Positions 36,647 through 47,686 of a DNA stretch of 64,000 nt are shown piece by piece (within the stretch, counting starts at the first letter, position 1; each line of letters opens with the position of its first letter). A program made the translations under genes and the position numbers. This DNA is from Calcarisporiella thermophila CBS 279.70. Lineage: Eukaryota > Fungi > Calcarisporiellomycota. The notes under the pieces are model-generated. The model saw only the letters and a program-made list of their open reading frames with translations. It did not search any database and was not told the DNA's origin. The stretch spans positions 462,900-526,899 of the forward strand of contig NW_027192205.1 in NCBI RefSeq assembly GCF_041956535.1. Reading direction: 5' to 3'.

Positions 36647-37385
36647 TCACAGGGCAGCGTCGGGTACCTCATTTTCCTCTCGAGAAAGAGGTGGGGGTGC
36701 AATCTTCTCCAAGCCATCCTGCTTGCCGCTATTTGCCTTTCCTTCCTGCTTCTTTTGCTCCCGTTCTTCTGGGGTGCCCACGATCAAAAGAATGAATCGC
36801 AGGACTTGGAAGGCCGTGAACAAACATGCAAAAACCCACACCGAGATCACTAGCGCGATTCCCAAGGCTCCCAGCAGCAATCCTCCCCCCACCAACAGAA
36901 TGAATCCTTCCACAAAGAGCACGGTGATGATCGCGCCCCCCACCACGGTGAAGGTGGAGGCCAGGGCGAAGAGGACAAAGGAGAGAATGGGAAGGGAGGA
37001 AAGCATCAGGAGGATAAGCAGGAATACCTAATGGAATGGGGAAATTTAGAATTTGGGATCCGCACTATAATCAAGATTAGGAGAGGTGCAATTACGCCAA
37101 GCCATGGGTATTTGGAGCACGTCTGGAGAATTAGAGTAAGAAAACGCGCGCCCATGTTGATAGCCCTAGAAATGAAGCAGGATGGCATTTATGCACTGGT
37201 GGTTAGTTATCTGTCTAGCCTGGGAGAGAAGTGAGAGAAGTCTACCCATCTTTAGCTCTCTTGGCGCGCGCGTACACCACGCTCGCAAAGGCATTCAGAT
37301 GCTCCACGATACGCGCTACCGCCTCACGCGCCTGGGCCTCTTCCTCCTCTTTTGCACTGCGTTTTTTCGTAAATTCTTTGGTCAT
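36647..37385 (-). CDS. Promethin/LDAF1-like lipid-droplet membrane protein
   Basis: Three exons give MTKEFTKK...KYPWLG|VFLLILLMLSSLPILSFVLFALASTF...LFVEGFILLVGGGLLLGAL. The long hydrophobic hairpins with S..P and EG....GG..LL..L follow the promethin pattern. Confidence 0.65.
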
Positions 37386-37677
37386 GTGCACAAAAAGCTA
37401 CACTTGGAATGGGATGAAACTCTCGATGGGAAGAGAGTGATACGGCTGGCCTGCCCTCCCCCTTTCTCCCGATTAGTTCAAAACGCTCTCCCAATCCGCA
37501 GTTAGGTTAGCCAAAACCTAACCTTGTCCGGCTACTTCCACTTGCTTGTATGCACTGCCTTTTATACTCTAACTATTACCATTTTTAGCCTTCTAATTAC
37601 CAGCATTATAGAATGTTAAAACGTACCAACCACTGTTGGCTTCCCTCCTATGCTACCGACACCCTTTCCTCCACGAT

Positions 37678-38100
37678 ATGGCCGATACGTACCATCAGTC
37701 CTCCTGGGAAAACTATTACCAGCCCCAAGTTGATCCTGTATCGCAGGCCAACGTAGATCAAGCTTCTTACGGCCATCAGACCGCGCAAGAACCGACGCCC
37801 TGCCGTATCTACTTTGTCTTGGGTTCTATGATGCGGATTCAGGCACTAATTAACCAGCAATTACAGCAAATACAAACACAAACGAATCGACAGCAGCACG
37901 ACTGGACTAATGTGCCTACTGCAACTACAGCCCAATCGCTCCAACAGGTACGAAACGACACGACAATACCCAGCACTGTACCACAACATGCCCCACCACT
38001 GTCACAAACAATACCGCCAGTCTACGCTTCCTGGTCGTCGCCGTACTCGTACATCAATCCCGTTACCAACTCTTACTACTACGTCATGGCAGCTAAGTAG
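37678..38100 (+). CDS. Gln/Thr/Pro-rich hypothetical ORF (possibly a relic)
   Basis: About 140-aa ORF from MADTYHQ. Protein-like low-complexity composition, no recognisable domain, located in a gene-poor island. Confidence 0.3.
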   Translation: MADTYHQSSWENYYQPQVDPVSQANVDQASYGHQTAQEPTPCRIYFVLGSMMRIQALINQQLQQIQTQTNRQQHDWTNVPTATTAQSLQQVRNDTTIPSTVPQHAPPLSQTIPPVYASWSSPYSYINPVTNSYYYVMAAK

Positions 38101-38858
38101 TCCGGTTCGCCTAGCCATTTGAATCGGCATCAATATTATTATCAACTTTATCCTAACTTTTTTCGAGCCCATCCCGAGGTTTACGCGAACAACGCCTATA
38201 AATTACCACCAGCATACCATCCTTGGACATATTACTATCCGGGGTGGATCCCGTAGGTATAGTTCGTCCCATATAGGCAGCATCCATGATATCATTCCAC
38301 AATATCACGCAGACACAGCAACAACTAACACCTGGTTGCTTCTCATTGCAATTGTATTCTAGACTGTATACATCCAGCAAAGTCTTTCCAGGAATTTCTT
38401 GATTGGCTATTCCACTAACGAAACTTAACGATATAACATGCTGGAACAGATCTACAGGCTATTCCGGTGATGGTCATATCATTAACATCGTGCACCCTTT
38501 CATTCATACTTCATCTTCGCTCGGCAGGTCTTCATAACTGTTCATCCTTTACTTATTCATCGATCATCACATTTCATCTCGGAATTATCTTCGTAGAACC
38601 GTAAAGTAGTTTACAAACTTTTGCTTACCCAACACACACTTGGAATGAATTTACATGCCAAAATTCACTTGTTTGACTAGGTCAGTACGGAAAAGAAGTA
38701 CAACAATATAATACGAAACCAAGTCGAATAATAAAATAAATTTAATGGGGGGAGGGCTGGTCTCCCCTAAGTAACCGCGTATACGATAACAATCCCTCCC
38801 TCAAAAAAAAAAGGGGGACTCGTTAACCTTCAATCCCGGTTGTCTCATCACGTGCGAC

Positions 38859-39248
38859 TTAGTCGCAGAGAGCGTCGTAGTTGAAGCGGTATCGCGGGTC
38901 CTTCGGACAGCACATCTCTTTCTCACCACCTGTGCAGCCGGCTCCCGAGTCGCCATCGTTGTACGCGACCGCCGCACAGTTGCCATTGCAGAAGGGACCT
39001 TTGCCGCAAACCACACATCCGCGGTCAATCTGGTCCGGTCTTCGCGGCCACCACCTGTCAGCTTCAGGGTAGCACTCTTGGTACCCGATAGGGCAATCAC
39101 GTTTCGTCAACTCACCGCTGGCTGGGGTATTGCTATTGTGGGGGTACGACACAAATGTTTTCCTAGGGGTCCCTTCCGTGAGGCTCGCGCTCAGTACACT
39201 CGAGAGAAGGCAGGTTGCCAACACCATCTTGACTTTCGTCGATAACAT
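38859..39248 (-). CDS. Small secreted cysteine-rich prepro-peptide (Kex2-type KR site; 79-aa mature region with 10 Cys)
   Basis: Signal peptide (MVLATCLLSSVLSA), pro-region ending ELTKR, then DCPIGYQEC...EMCC...ALCD. Intronless. Confidence 0.85.
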   Translation of the reverse strand: MLSTKVKMVLATCLLSSVLSASLTEGTPRKTFVSYPHNSNTPASGELTKRDCPIGYQECYPEADRWWPRRPDQIDRGCVVCGKGPFCNGNCAAVAYNDGDSGAGCTGGEKEMCCPKDPRYRFNYDALCD

Positions 39249-40039
39249 CGTAGTGTGAGCACTTAACCGAAATTATGTTGCCGTGTATAAGGTACGGTTA
39301 GGATAAACTAAGGTGTTGTATTCTGCTTCTGGGGTTTTAGATAAGTTAGGGGTATGACTAGGCTGTCGGTTGGTGGATGGAGATAAAGGTTGTTATTCTT
39401 TTCTCAGAGGCAGATCGATGACCGCTTTTAAACTCTCGGCCAAAGTGATGGAGTTGCTGACATAATGATGACCGAGACGGACACGGAGTACGTAAGGAAG
39501 GTAGGAAATCAAATAATATATCCTAATTTGGTTATTCAAAAGATGGCCGAAGATGCATCTTGAAAGAAAACAATAAAACAATACTGTGAGTTGTCCTGTT
39601 ACAAGTACGGTAGTCATAATCGTGCCATAAAATGTAAATGCATTTTTTTCATTCTTGCCGGGTGGTATCCGAGATTATCTTGTTTATTATTAGACGTTTC
39701 ATGTATTGGTTTAATTACAACTCTAGCCAAATCTTCTGAATAGATCTTGCTGACTGTGCCAGCTCATTGGGTGACCTACTGATTCTAACATGACCTCGCG
39801 AAAAAGACATGCTGTAAAGCATTGCCTAGCGCTAGTGTGTATAGAGATGATTCCAGAGATACGGTAGGAGGGGTACAGATGTCGCAAGGATAGTAGGATG
39901 GAGAGACAAACTAGAACGCTAGGTAACGAAGCGAGGAAGAGGGAATAGACAAACCAACAATGGATAGACAATGCAACACAAAAAATCAATAAATATATGT
40001 ATATGTACTAGGTCGCTTCGGCCGTTCGATCGACGGAAG

Positions 40040-40860
40040 TCGCGCAACTTGACCAATTATGCACACTATCAACTAGCCTCATTCAGACTAATCAGCGTCA
40101 GTGCAACCGCATCCATGGTCATATCCTTGGTGAGCATTTCATCCGACGTAGTATGGGTTTAACATCAGGCGGGAGTTGAGTTGTGTCGGAATGAGGGACT
40201 TCTTGTGGAACCGCTTTCTCCTCGTTTACATGGTCAACATCATTATAACCTTCCATGCCATTCTCGTTTGCTGTCTGATTCGCTTCATCGTACATGACCT
40301 CATCGTCAGCCTGATTCTCGTCACCATTGACGTGTGCCTGCAATTGTCGTATTTCTTTATCGGACACAAGTTCTAATTGACCGGTATGTTCTTTCGACTG
40401 TTCGGCCTGCCAACCGATCGCTTACTGATCGCTTACTTCTTCCGCCGCTTCCTCGATTGCTTCATACATAACAGGGTCATCATTAAGATAAGCATCTTGC
40501 TGTCCGCAGAATCAGGCTCGTCTGCATCATTTGCCACTCCCTCGGCGGTGGCTGACTCGGCCTCCATTCACAGGCTCGTTTCCTAGCTCGACACAACCAC
40601 CCTACGGCTCGAAGCAAGGCGATGGCAGCCACCGTGGTCCGGTCAATGGAAACCCATCGTCGAATCATGGCAATGGCTGTCCCGACCATTCGTACGATTG
40701 GTATACGAGTTCACTTCCCCGCCATTGTCTGCAGCACCAGTTGGTGGGCACCCCTCAACTCGCTCCAGTCATGGTCAAATGCCACCCTGGACAGATGTGA
40801 TCGCCCTGATCCGGTGCCGTCATCGTCTGGCTCAGTTTTTCGTGAGCAACCTGGAAAAAT
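40040..40860 (-). pseudogene. Decayed acidic (D/E-rich) coding remnant
   Basis: D/E-rich peptide segments continue across frame changes and stops. An exact 11-bp tandem duplication GATCGCTTACT at 40416-40437 coincides with an in-frame stop. Confidence 0.4.
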
Positions 40861-41140
40861 CGTGAAGCAAATAGACTTTACTAAGGCACGACGCCCCAGA
40901 GCATGTTAAATATATTAATAACTGCTGTGTTGCTTTTCATTAGATGATCAAAACTATGCAACCATCAAGCTTATATTTTGTTGTTCAATGAATCTTTTGC
41001 GCTGTTTCTTGTGCAGGAACTGTACTTGAGCATCTTCATATAGGAATTACAGTTAGCGTAATAGTCTTTCAAAAATTTCACGCCCGCGTTTATTAGCGCG
41101 TTTTCTGCGACGGAAATGTCGCGTATCAGGATACTCATTC

Positions 41141-41184
41141 GTGGTTATATCCGAAAAATATTTCAATTTTTCGGATATAACCAC
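41141..41184. repeat. Perfect 19-bp inverted repeat with 6-nt spacer
   Basis: GTGGTTATATCCGAAAAAT-ATTTCA-ATTTTTCGGATATAACCAC; the two arms are exact reverse complements. Confidence 0.95.
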
Positions 41185-41505
41185 AAAAACGGACAATGAT
41201 TTGATTTGCACATAAACTTCGATCATGATTTAGAGGCCTTGGCGAGTCAATAGGAATCGAGGCGGAGAATGAAGCTAAGAAACTGCGAAATCAAGTTGTT
41301 GACGGCCGGCCACCTCCCACTAAAGATGAAAAATTGCCGGGATTAGGCCAGAGGGGTTTCGACATTGGGCGCAATGATCGAGCAATCGGGATATTCTGTC
41401 TCGATCACTAATTAAAAAAATACAAAAAACCTCGAATAAAAATATCCCAAACAACCCCGCCTTCTTTCCCCCCCTTCCTCAACCCTCACAATACACATCA
41501 AACTG

Positions 41506-43495
41506 ATGCTCTTTGACCGAGTTCCTTCTCCCTTTGCCCTTTCGCTGGAGGCCGTGCCGCACTCTTTCCCTCTGGCCGCTGCCGCCGCGAGCGCCCTGGT
41601 GCTCTATTTTTACCTCGCGCGTGACACTGCCCCCAGAGGAATTCAAAAAATAATCTCCCTCTCACAGCTCGAGGTGCTGGATCTACTCTTTGGAAAAGCC
41701 GATTACCACACACGAACAAAGCGTGTGAGGGAGATTATGGAAGAGAATGGGATAATGCGGGTAATGAATGACATTCGATTGACAACTTAACGGGCAATGT
41801 GATGTTGAATTCCTTTTTGAGCCATTAGATGAAGCTGGGCAGTTTCCATCTTGTTCAGGTCGCTCGGCCAGAGTTTGTGAAGGCCGTGTTAACCGGCCAG
41901 GGTAAGTGGCGAATCCTCAGAATGGCTTGTTTCTCATTCTCTATCCTCACAAATGGTGGATTATAGATATCGATAAAGTCAGCCTCAATGAAGAGCAGTG
42001 GGTATTTTGTACTCTACTCGAGCATGCCCACTGATTGATGTTTTTTTTTCTTTTGTAAATATACAAAGGCCTGGCTCCTTCACAGTGAAAGCTTTCGGTG
42101 AAAACATCATCTTCAGCAAGCGAAACCAATGGCGGAAGTACCGCCGCATCATGAACCCCGCGTTTGCCACTGTCCCGATTCAAATCTACGACGAGCAGGG
42201 AGCTCGACTTGCCTCTCACATCAAAAGGAGCAAGAGCCGGCTTCTAGAGGTGGGTCGGTTGATAAAACGCATCGCCTTGGATATCATCGGCCTCTCTGCG
42301 TTTGGGTATAATTTCAATGCCCTCGACGAGCCGCACGGGCACTATGTCACCATCTGGTCCCGAATTATCGAGCGATCCTCCAAGTTTGTCTTTCTCCTCC
42401 TGCCGTGGCTCGAGAAGTTCTTCGACGAGTTTGAACTCCTCGAGGAAATGGAGGGCATGATTGCCGATGTCATCCAGAAGAAGCGAGAGTTGCTTCGGAG
42501 AGGAAATGGCGATGAGACCGGACCGTCGAGCCTGCTCACGCGAATGATAAAAGCAAACGAGCTCGAAGGCGAAATCTCCCTATCCAACGCAGAGTTAAAG
42601 GTAAGGGCATGCCGCGTGACCAGGGTGAAACGAGAAATACTCATATGACCTCGCCTTCTCTAATACAGAATAACGTGATGGCGTTTATGCTGGCTGGGGT
42701 TAGCGACTTGTGCTAATAATGACACTCACTTTAAAGCATTCAATTTATTCATTCTACTGTATATACAGAGCGACACAGTGGCAAACACGCTTACGTGCTG
42801 TCTTTATTACTTGGCGAAACATAAGGTATTCCTCTGTGCTTACTGTGGACAAAGTGCCGCTTCCTTTTTAATCCTGCTTTCCAATGGCGCACGATTAATA
42901 GCAGGTACAAACACGTGCACGAGAGGAGGTGCTTCGTGTGGTCGGCGCTGATGAGGAGATCACCCTTGAAAAACAAAAGAGTCTTCTTTACCTTACCAAA
43001 GTAATCAAGGAAACCCTCCGACTTTGGTAAGTGGTGGCATTCTGCTTGATTTTCATTGCCCCTTTGTCACCCATCGCTTGTATCCTTAGTCCTCCCACTC
43101 CCTCCCTTACCCTCCGCTGCCTCGCATCGCCTCAAACCATCGGCGAATATACAATTCCCCCAGGGGTGAATATCACCGTCGACATCTACTCTATCCATCA
43201 TTCGCCCACCTATTGGCCTGATCCGGAGCGATTTGACCCAGAGCGATTCACGGAAGAGAAAGAAAAGTTACGCCCTGCATACACTTGGTTACCCTTTGGA
43301 GGGGGGCCGCGCATCTGCCTTGGTAGCCGGTTTGCGCTCGTCGAAATAAGTGTTCTCCTAGCGCACCTACTGCGGTTCTTTGAGGTGGAAGTACCTGCAA
43401 GGACCCTACACAAGGAGAGGCCCTACCTGCATGAGATGAGCTGGGGGGTGATAGGCCCTAAGAACATGGAGCTGATCTTTAAAGAATTGCGATAA
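41506..43495 (+). CDS. Cytochrome P450
   Basis: N-terminal anchor, WRKYRRIMNPAF, LDIIGLSAFGYNFNAL, I-helix FMLAG|SDT, KETLR (ExxR), PERFDPERF and heme motif PFGGGPRICLG. About eight exons, including 30-31 nt micro-exons. Confidence 0.96.
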
Positions 43496-43571
43496 GGCTG
43501 GCGGGTAAGGGTCTTGTGAAGATGGGGTTTGGTATGATGTCTGACCATCTATTTTTGACCTTGATGTTTAT

Positions 43572-46500
43572 TCACAGGACTCTTGTCAAACGGACAAGAT
43601 GAAGCAGTACAAGATAAAGAAAGACGCCGTTTCCGTACATCAGAACGACCCAGGCATATCGCACCCCATACACAAACACCCCCGCGGAGACCACGTGCAA
43701 CAGCACGGTCCCCATGCGTTGAACGGTCCGGTTCACCATGAGATTCTGCGGAGAAGGGTCGATCCATTGTAGAAGCGCGAGTGCTATCGCGGGAACCCGC
43801 TGAGCCACCTAAGGGGGAAGACAAACGTGTTCAGTCACTAGACTCATCAGGAATAAGTGGAAGGCATAGTGCTCATTACGGGCAGCAGAGGAAGATGGAA
43901 GGGTGCCTGGAGCACCATCAGGAGGAGAATCGATTCTAGGTGATAAAATCTTTGTAGTTTTTCCCTTGTCTACCATATAATCGTCAATGTGAGACTTGCA
44001 CTTGTAACTTCTTTTTTTATCTGTACCTTTACCCTTTTTGATATGGTTAAAGTCCATGCCGATAATAGAAGTTGTCCAACTAATATGGCAAAAAAAGAGG
44101 CGCGAAACCGAGAAAGAATCGCAATGAGTGAGCCAACGATAGATAGCTTCCAAGTAAGGGAGAGCCTCGGGGTAGCAGCTCCCCGCGGCAGCAGGCCCAA
44201 CAGAAGTGCCAACACCTCTACAAGGATGCGCACGACACCCCATAATGTCGCTACCGCGCCCACGGATAATACGATTAGCACGCCAGGTAGCCACCAAAAG
44301 AAAACGTCATGGATGCCCAGTAGCATGTCGCGGAGAGCCCACCCGCTGGCCAAATTGCCACTCAGATTCGCTTGTAAAACCGCCAGGATCGAAACAAAAG
44401 CGATATGAGAAGGCACTTCGTTCCAAAGGGCATGTGCGGCACTCTCACCAAAACCTCTGCACCACCGCAGTTGCACCTTGAAGATCAAAAATAGTACCGC
44501 GGCGGGGAAGGTGGCTGCAACCATCCTGTATCGCGTCACAATGCGGCCCAAGCTCCCGTATACATTCACTTGCATTTCCACTTCCAAGTCCTCCTCCTCT
44601 CCTTCGGTTTTTACGTCTTCTCCCTCTTTTCTTGCTTCAAGTGCTGGTAGTTTCCAGAATTCCAAGATGAGTCCACGTCTCTCTTGTGGAACCAAAGCGT
44701 AAGGGGCGGGCCCATGGAAAGCAACATCGAATTGGTTGGAATTGACATGAAATTTGCTCTCATATGCTCCCCCCTCGGGAGCAGACTGTCTGACAACCAT
44801 ACGCATTGTAGCATTGTCCGTTCCTTCTAAAACTCTGAAACGATAAGAGAGCAAACTGTTGAGCGATGGCACCCTGATCTTAGTGTAGATTTGCCGGCTG
44901 TTGATGCGGAAACGTATCTTGTTGAAAAGCGACCCTGGGGTGGGCCTAACCATTGTCGCCGCGGTTTCTTGACCCACCATTTCTGCTTCTATAAACCCAT
45001 CGGAGCCGTCCCCTCCACGGTCCACCACGGCTACATACGAATACCCTCTAAGTTCGCGGGGATGCACATGGAGAAATCTAAGCGGCCCATCTCCCGTCGA
45101 ATGGGGGGGCGGGAGTAGCAGAGTGTTGGCGGCCATGGACTTGCACTCCAAAGGAGCATCGTTTTCGGTACACAAAAGAAGATCCAGGCGATGTTGTGAG
45201 CCAAGAGGACGATCGGTCAACAGGTGAAACTGGGGGGAGCCAGAGGAGGGAACCGTTAGAAGGGTGGTCATCGGACTGGAGTCTTTCGGGAGAAGTTGTC
45301 TCAGAGGACCACTATGAAGGCTGCGGTACACGACGGTTTCCTTTCTGATTTCGCCCCACCCCGAATCTGACATAGGAGAAGTGATGATAGTATACGCTCC
45401 CTCTTGATCAATAAATTTTTGGTCTCTTGCTATACTATACCTAGACGAAGCGGCAGAGTGTTGTCCCATCTTCCTAGCAGTTCCTCTCTGAAAACCCGCA
45501 ATCTCTCCTCCACTCCAATCGTCTTGGTTGGGTTTCTGCCATCTACAACCCCAAGCAAGCAGCGTGATAATGCCTTCACTAGCTGGTTGCACCACAGTAT
45601 GCTTAGGTGGTCGGCTCCAGTCCAGACTTGGGGTATGCCAGTCGCGTACACCGCGAATCCATGCGTGGGGGGCACCAAACTCTCGACGCCCGCCGCGTCT
45701 GAAGCAACTATCTGGTCCAATGATCCACCCGCAATGGATACGAGCGTCACCTCCTTTAACGTCTCTCCCGAACCCTTCTGATATCCTTCCCTCCAATAGG
45801 CAGAGAGGTTGGCGTAGAGCGTTGTCATTCGGCGATCGAGCGACATAGCAGGAAGAAGATGGGGCGTAGTGAGAGTAAGAAGAGTGTTAACTGAGCCCGC
45901 CTTGAAATTGGGAAGGACAAACAAAGTGCGCGCAACAATGCCGCCCATCGAATGCGCAATGATTATGACAGAAGTCGGGGCGGGGAGGTGAGACTGGGGG
46001 TGATAGAGGGAAAGGATATACTTGATGGCATCATTTGAATACTCGGCTTGCTCGAGGAGAGTTAGACCGTGGAGGGCAGAGTATTCCTCATTGAAATCCA
46101 CTACATACGAAAAAGGCAAAAGATACGAGCGGTCAGCCATGGATCGTAATAGCTTTTATAACGTGCACTACATGTGAAAAAGTCCAAGTTGCGGATTTCT
46201 CTGCCGGAAAATCCTTTCTTAGCCAGCGCGTCGTAGTAGAGCATTGCGGATTCGGCAGCAAGCGAGCGAACTTGCTTGTAACTACCAGCATGACCGTGAA
46301 TAAACAGAACAGGGATGCCAGTTGGCTAATCCAAATGAGAAGAAATAAGTAGGGTTAGTCTGATCCATTTTCTAAGAATTCCTTTGATGGAGGAGCTGGA
46401 ACCCATGACACAAAACTATTTCATTTTCGTCATATCCGTACTCGCGGTAAAGGAAGAGGGAGTATTTATCGGCAAGCCGCGACCATCGCGAGTCAAAATT

Positions 46501-46811
46501 GGTTTGCTCAAGAAACATGGGACGCATATAGGTCATGGCGCACGCTTTTGGATCCACCTGGTGGTAGATGAATGAGTGCATTATGATGCCCACCGTACTC
46601 AGTGTCAAGAACACTACGGCCACGAGGATGAAGGTGGAGATGGAGAAAAGATGGTCTGAAATACCATGGAGGAAGTAGTTGAGAAAATGTGATTATATTG
46701 CCGGCTCAGCCGACACGGTCTTGTGCACATCGTACCTTTTGCATTTTGCCTTGCTTCCGATCGAGAGGATTTTGAAGACTCGCTCTTCTCATTACCTCTG
46801 CTCTTCTCCAT
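43572..46811 (-). CDS. BST1: GPI inositol-deacylase (PGAP1/BST1)
   Basis: [47 protein letters not shown], lipase motif [19 protein letters not shown] and [12 protein letters not shown], then a multi-TM C-terminus. Confidence 0.95.
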
Positions 46812-47686
46812 GGTGGTTAGGAAAACGCGAGGCAAATAAGGCAATTTTTCGGGTTCCGAATTCAATGCTTAATTGGAGCTTGATTATGTATTAAGAAGTA
46901 GCGAATGGTTGTATCTTTCTGCAAATGCTGAAAAATAGAGGGAGGAGAAACAGAAAAGAGAGGAGACAGGACTGGGCAGTAAGAGCGCGGCAGCAGTTTA
47001 TACCGCTTCAACTATGAATACTACTACGCATCTCAAAGATGCTGAAGCACCTCTAAGATGCCATAAAGTTGAGGTCATATTGCCCTACAAACAGGCTCTT
47101 TTTTTTTGTATAGCTGCGGGGAAGCTACCCGCGGTCTGGTACAAATATCTCCGCAGAGTTCTGGAACTAGCAAAGAGAGCACTGGGGACCCCGGAAGGCC
47201 TAGAAGAAAGCGGCCGGATTAAGGAAGAAGAAAGCGCGAGCGTGCGGCAATACCATTGAAGCTGGCTGTTCCGTCAGTTCAGAAGAGCCTTGCAAAGCTT
47301 CCGGGCTGGAAACGAATGGATTGCGGAAGACGCGATGCATTAAGCGGCATGGCCTCTCCCGAAAGGTGAGTTCTCTCGGAAGGTGACTTTCGCGGGTCTC
47401 CCATACCAATCCCCCGCCCTCTTCGCCAGGTGCACCACACACGCGTCGCTGAGTGGTCCCACAAACGAATTGCAACTGCGCCTCGAGATGGGCCTTTTTC
47501 CGAGTTCTGCAGGCTGGTGTTCCCCAAATCGAGGGCTATCTTAGGTGCCATATCTCTGTTTATAAATAAAATGAGTTTATAAATTCTCAGCTCAGCTACC
47601 ATCCCGCCTCCTCATTCCGCTCTTTATTTTTTTTTTTCGTCCTTGCATCCCTAAGCGAGCCTCACTAACTTCAGTCCTGACGGCCG

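Noticed and set aside
43080-43089. GTATCCTTAG, another U12-like motif
   Set aside because: It is the 3' end of an ordinary GTAAGT...TAG intron of the P450.
45370-45440. Apparent frameshift in BST1 between ORFs 45430-46140 and 43970-45796
   Set aside because: Explained by a phase-consistent GT-AG intron of about 70 nt.
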